A stretch of DNA of 10,379 bases from assembly GCA_019561615.1 (NCBI GenBank), contig JAHEQA010000022.1, forward strand, positions 1-10,379, in the 5' to 3' direction. Numbering within the stretch: position 1 is the stretch's first letter; every line of letters starts with the position of its first letter. The stretch comes from Methanothermococcus sp. SCGC AD-155-E23. GTDB lineage: Archaea > AGJL01 > Methanococci > Methanococcales > Methanococcaceae. Shown here piece by piece: positions 7,161-10,379 of the stretch. Position numbers and translations under genes: made by a program. The notes beneath the pieces were generated by a model. The model was given only the letters and a program-made list of their open reading frames with translations. It had not been told where the DNA came from and ran no database searches.

Positions 7161-9518
7161 TTAGTAGTTCTGGATGAGGTAGAGTGCAGCCTCTCTTGTC
7201 TTGTATCTGTCTCCCCCTGCTACTACCAGTATTCTGCCGTCTACTACCTGTAGTGTTGCTGGACTGTCGTTGTTGATGTTTATCTTACCCTGCTTCTGTA
7301 GTTCTTCACTGAGTTTGTTTGCAACTGGACCTCCTACAAGTATCAGGTACTTGTCAGTGTCTAGGGATGCCTCAGTGTCCAGTTTTGCTATTGGTGTCTT
7401 TACTGGCACTACCTCCTGGGCAGTAGCCTTGATATCTTTTAATTTTAAGGTAGTACCTAATACATTTACCTTCTCCCCTACATTTAGAACTACGTCCTTG
7501 TCTATTTCCATCTTGTACCTTGCAAATATCCTATTTGGATCACCATCGTCGGTGAACTCTAGTATGGCGTATTCATTTGGAAACGGTACCTCTCCTTTGT
7601 TGTTTATACTTCTACCACTACCCTCGTATCTCAATGCGAAACCGTAGATTCTTTTAGTTGGATCGTTTTCTACATGTAAGAATTCTGTTTTACTCCGACC
7701 TGCTTCCATATCTGAGTAATTCTCCACGAGTGCTTCATCTGTACAAGTAAGAACCCCATTCTCTAAAGTTATTGCATACAACTTCCAGTCCTTCATGAAC
7801 TCCTTACCTAACTCACACTCTTTTAGATCCTTTGCTACAATCACTGATGCATATCCAGCGTATTCTGGTACGTCTTTGTATGCCTCGTAGACCCTTATAC
7901 CTATGTTACCATATGTTAGTTCAAATGGAACCTTTTCACTCTTAGATCTTACTACTTTACCATCTTTTATAATTTCTACCTCGGCGATTACGTCTTCTTT
8001 ACCTCCACTGATTTGCTGCAATATCTTTACAACTCTTATCTCGTAACCGTTACCTAAATCCTGGCTTTTTCCTTCTCTTACAATACCTGCATATAGTTCC
8101 TTACCTATGTATATCTCATTATCGTTTACATCTATTATTCTGTAGGGTTCTCCTAGGAGTGGTATCTCCATACCTATGTATACTGGCAACAATCTACTTA
8201 AATTGTTCTCTTTATTTCTAAATATTAAAGTACCGTATACTAGATCTCCACTCCTGATTTCAAATTCATCATCATCTTCCTTGTTCACTGATGCCAGAAG
8301 GAATTCTATTGCATCTGCCTTCTTATCACTACTTACGTCATTTGGATCTGCATCGTCATCCTTTACCAGGGTGCTTAGTCTTGAGAGTCTCTGTACCTCT
8401 ATATCGGTGGTGTCGTTGTATCTAATTGTACCGTTAAACATAGCATCGGCATTTTCTAAGTTCATAACGGTAATGTTTCCATCAGATATATGCATAATCT
8501 CCATATTACCAAGAGTGTCCACTCCACTTATATTTATTGGAGTGGTTAAGTTATATATTCTGTTAATTTCTCCTCCATCAACTTGTATGTCTATATCGGT
8601 TATATTTCCAGCCAATACGCCATTTACTAGTCTAACAAGGGATCCATTAATTTCTCCTCCAGTTATTTCAAATCTTCTATATTCACTTCCATTTAACATT
8701 ACATTGACATATCCATCTGTTATGGTTCCATCTATATTAGTATTATTCCAACTTCCTATAATATTTGCCACTACTGTTGTCCCGTTAATATCCCCTACAT
8801 TGTTATCTAAACTGGCGTTAATAGTCAAGTTTATTTTCCCCCTAATTCTTCCATCATTTATAATTCCTTTAATATATCCACTTACGTTAATAGTATCTTG
8901 GTCAACATCTGTTCCGTTAATATTTCCAGAAATATTTAGACTTCCTCTTACTATTGCTCCACTCAAAATCCCCTCTCTTACTTCTGCTGCAGTGACAGCT
9001 CCCCTTACTAAATCCCCACTTGTTATCCTCATGTCTACATTCTCTAATATACCGTTAATTATACTCTGCTCCTCTATCTGGATACTTGCACTTGCATTGT
9101 GCTCTACAAGACCGTTTAGAACACTTCCCCTTCCTAAGTTGTCTGTATAGATTCTTTCAGGTGTTGTGAATATGAAGAACTGGCTACCATCGTTGTATCT
9201 ATTTAAATCGTCAGATAACTCAGTATCTGCACTTGTCTCAATGTTTAACTCCACTTTTCCATCTTCAATTACAACATCCTTGTAGCACATTGATCCTATC
9301 TTTGCGGCGATGTCTGCTGCTGATACTACGTCCATTGCAGCTGCCTTGGAACCTACTACTATGTCTACATTTGGCTTTCCATCCACAACTACGTTCTTCA
9401 TAAATTCTTTTACATCCCCTATTACTACAGTCTCTGCAGCTACCCCACTTGCCAAGGTACTTGCTACCATTGCACCTCCTACTGCAATAGCAGTTATCTT
9501 CTTCAAACTCATAGCCAT
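7161..9518 (-). CDS. sla: S-layer protein, Methanococcales type, 785 aa with a large internal extra segment
   Basis: Characteristic signal peptide MAMSLKKITAIAVGGAMVASTLASGVAA, N-terminal VVG..AAAMDVVSAADIAAKIGS and C-terminal LILVGGPVANKL / VVAGGDRYKTREAA motifs; AGGTGA SD at 9525-9530. Confidence 0.95.
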   Translation of the reverse strand: MAMSLKKITAIAVGGAMVASTLASGVAAETVVIGDVKEFMKNVVVDGKPNVDIVVGSKAAAMDVVSAADIAAKIGSMCYKDVVIEDGKVELNIETSADTELSDDLNRYNDGSQFFIFTTPERIYTDNLGRGSVLNGLVEHNASASIQIEEQSIINGILENVDMRITSGDLVRGAVTAAEVREGILSGAIVRGSLNISGNINGTDVDQDTINVSGYIKGIINDGRIRGKINLTINASLDNNVGDINGTTVVANIIGSWNNTNIDGTITDGYVNVMLNGSEYRRFEITGGEINGSLVRLVNGVLAGNITDIDIQVDGGEINRIYNLTTPINISGVDTLGNMEIMHISDGNITVMNLENADAMFNGTIRYNDTTDIEVQRLSRLSTLVKDDDADPNDVSSDKKADAIEFLLASVNKEDDDEFEIRSGDLVYGTLIFRNKENNLSRLLPVYIGMEIPLLGEPYRIIDVNDNEIYIGKELYAGIVREGKSQDLGNGYEIRVVKILQQISGGKEDVIAEVEIIKDGKVVRSKSEKVPFELTYGNIGIRVYEAYKDVPEYAGYASVIVAKDLKECELGKEFMKDWKLYAITLENGVLTCTDEALVENYSDMEAGRSKTEFLHVENDPTKRIYGFALRYEGSGRSINNKGEVPFPNEYAILEFTDDGDPNRIFARYKMEIDKDVVLNVGEKVNVLGTTLKLKDIKATAQEVVPVKTPIAKLDTEASLDTDKYLILVGGPVANKLSEELQKQGKININNDSPATLQVVDGRILVVAGGDRYKTREAALYLIQNY
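8563..8661. repeat. 15-bp direct repeat inside the S-layer extra segment
   Basis: TTAATTTCTCCTCCA at 8563-8577 and 8647-8661, 84 bp (28 codons) apart, encoding GGEIN twice. Confidence 0.7.
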
Positions 9519-9570
9519 ACCTTATCACCTGGTGTTGCATTTTTTTGACGATTATCACTGTAGTAATTCA

Positions 9571-9587
9571 TATATAAATACTTTACC
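9571..9587 (-). promoter_or_regulatory. BRE-TATA promoter of the S-layer gene
   Basis: Minus strand GGTAAAG-TA-TTTATATA, a consensus methanogen TATA box (9571-9578) with purine-rich BRE, 53 nt upstream of the ATG. Confidence 0.75.
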
Positions 9588-9600
9588 AGTCGAAATGATT

Positions 9601-9657
9601 GAAAAAATGTTTTTTTCCAAAAATAAAGATTAACGTCCATTCTTTTCAAAAAAGAAT
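9601..9657 (-). terminator. T-tract/inverted-repeat region, probable ABCE1 terminator
   Basis: Several T5-T6 runs on the minus strand downstream of the ABCE1 stop, within inverted repeats at 9601-9617 and 9639-9657. Confidence 0.4.
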
Positions 9658-9714
9658 CCTTCATAACCAAAATGTCGGGAAAATCTCCAAAATAAATAGT
9701 TATAACTCGATCCC

Positions 9715-10379
9715 TCAATCTACGTAGTAGTACTCCCCTATCTCCCTCTGATACCTGTCCATCTGACTACCCTCCTTGTTCACCCTTGGCCTTCCAGTGT
9801 CAGGGTCTCTTCTAAAGGTAATACCCATCTCCTTCAGGAATATATTGGCCCCAGTTCTCTTATCCAGGGGGGCACTACCTCTACCGTAGATGCCAGGTTT
9901 GCCAGTGAAGACCATGTACCTATCTGAGATGTAATCCTGGAAGAGTATGTCGTGATCTACTACAAACACTCCTGCCTCCTTCTCCTCCCCTATTCTCCTT
10001 ATAATCCTGGCCACAGCCAGTCTCTGCTCCACATCTAGGAAGGCTGAGGGCTCATCGATTAGATAGATATCTGCGTCCTTCATAAGGGCTGCGGCAATTG
10101 CAACCCTCTGAAGCTCCCCACCAGAGAGGTCTTCAACCTGGAAGTCCATAAGCCTGTCTATACCTAGGGGCTTTATAATCTCAGACTTATAAAATGAGGA
10201 GTCTATATTTCCAAACCTCCTTAAAAACTCCTCCACAGTCCCCTCAAACTTTATAGAGATATACTGGGGCTTATAGGATATCCTTAGATCTCTCATGGAT
10301 ACTTGCCCCTCGTCACACTGGATCTCACCTGCCAGTATCCTGACGAAGGTGGTTTTACCTATACCATTTGGTCCAAGTA
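9715..10379 (-). CDS. ABCE1/RLI ribosome recycling ATPase, C-terminal nucleotide-binding domain, 5'-truncated by the window edge
   Basis: Frame stays open beyond the track start to the window edge: LGPNGIGKTTF (Walker A), SYKPQYI, LSGGELQR signature, YLIDEP (Walker B), VVDHD, and the ABCE1 hinge ITFRRD..TGRPRVNK.GS..DRYQ..GEYYY. Confidence 0.96.
   Translation of the reverse strand, partial: LGPNGIGKTTFVRILAGEIQCDEGQVSMRDLRISYKPQYISIKFEGTVEEFLRRFGNIDSSFYKSEIIKPLGIDRLMDFQVEDLSGGELQRVAIAAALMKDADIYLIDEPSAFLDVEQRLAVARIIRRIGEEKEAGVFVVDHDILFQDYISDRYMVFTGKPGIYGRGSAPLDKRTGANIFLKEMGITFRRDPDTGRPRVNKEGSQMDRYQREIGEYYYVD

Noticed and set aside
8176-9150. 324-aa plus-strand ORF covering the S-layer extra domain
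   Set aside because: Codon-aligned antisense frame of sla; its Ile/Pro/Ser/Leu richness mirrors the Asn/Gly/Asp codons of the real gene, and no SD is apparent.
394-9718. Other short ORFs in the track (e.g. 394-615, 769-957, 1677-2033, 2538-2846, 4127-4753, 7201-7647, 9265-9558, 9310-9633, 9509-9718)
   Set aside because: All overlap well-supported genes on the opposite strand or another frame, or span the sla promoter region, and lack family motifs.
1-10379. CRISPR array, IS element, tRNA or rRNA genes
   Set aside because: No regularly spaced repeats, transposase motifs or cloverleaf; all intergenic spacers are under 200 bp and otherwise accounted for.

Overview
Archaeal chromosomal window from a Methanococcales-like methanogen (inferred from Mmp3, AksA and a Methanococcales-type S-layer protein). 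Left to right: 5'-truncated argS (+); a convergent translation cluster on the minus strand (yhbY-like CRM protein, rps19e, PDCD5-like DNA-binding protein, Cys-free PP-loop ATPase, and rpl39e, which the ORF track missed); a divergent mmp3-aksA-putative lipoprotein unit (+); an intergenic minus-strand box C/D guide sRNA whose two guides match 23S rRNA helix 69 and helix 71; chorismate mutase aroQ (+); an unusually long (785 aa) S-layer protein gene (-); and the 3' part of ABCE1/RLI (-). No mobile element, CRISPR array, tRNA or rRNA gene was seen. The most notable signals are the unannotated C/D sRNA, a ~240-aa Gly/Asn/Ile-rich S-layer segment holding 16 of the protein's 19 N-glycosylation sequons, and a sharp codon-usage mosaic in the S-layer gene that suggests exchange of its central part. 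All homology calls are from memory of the families, not from database searches.
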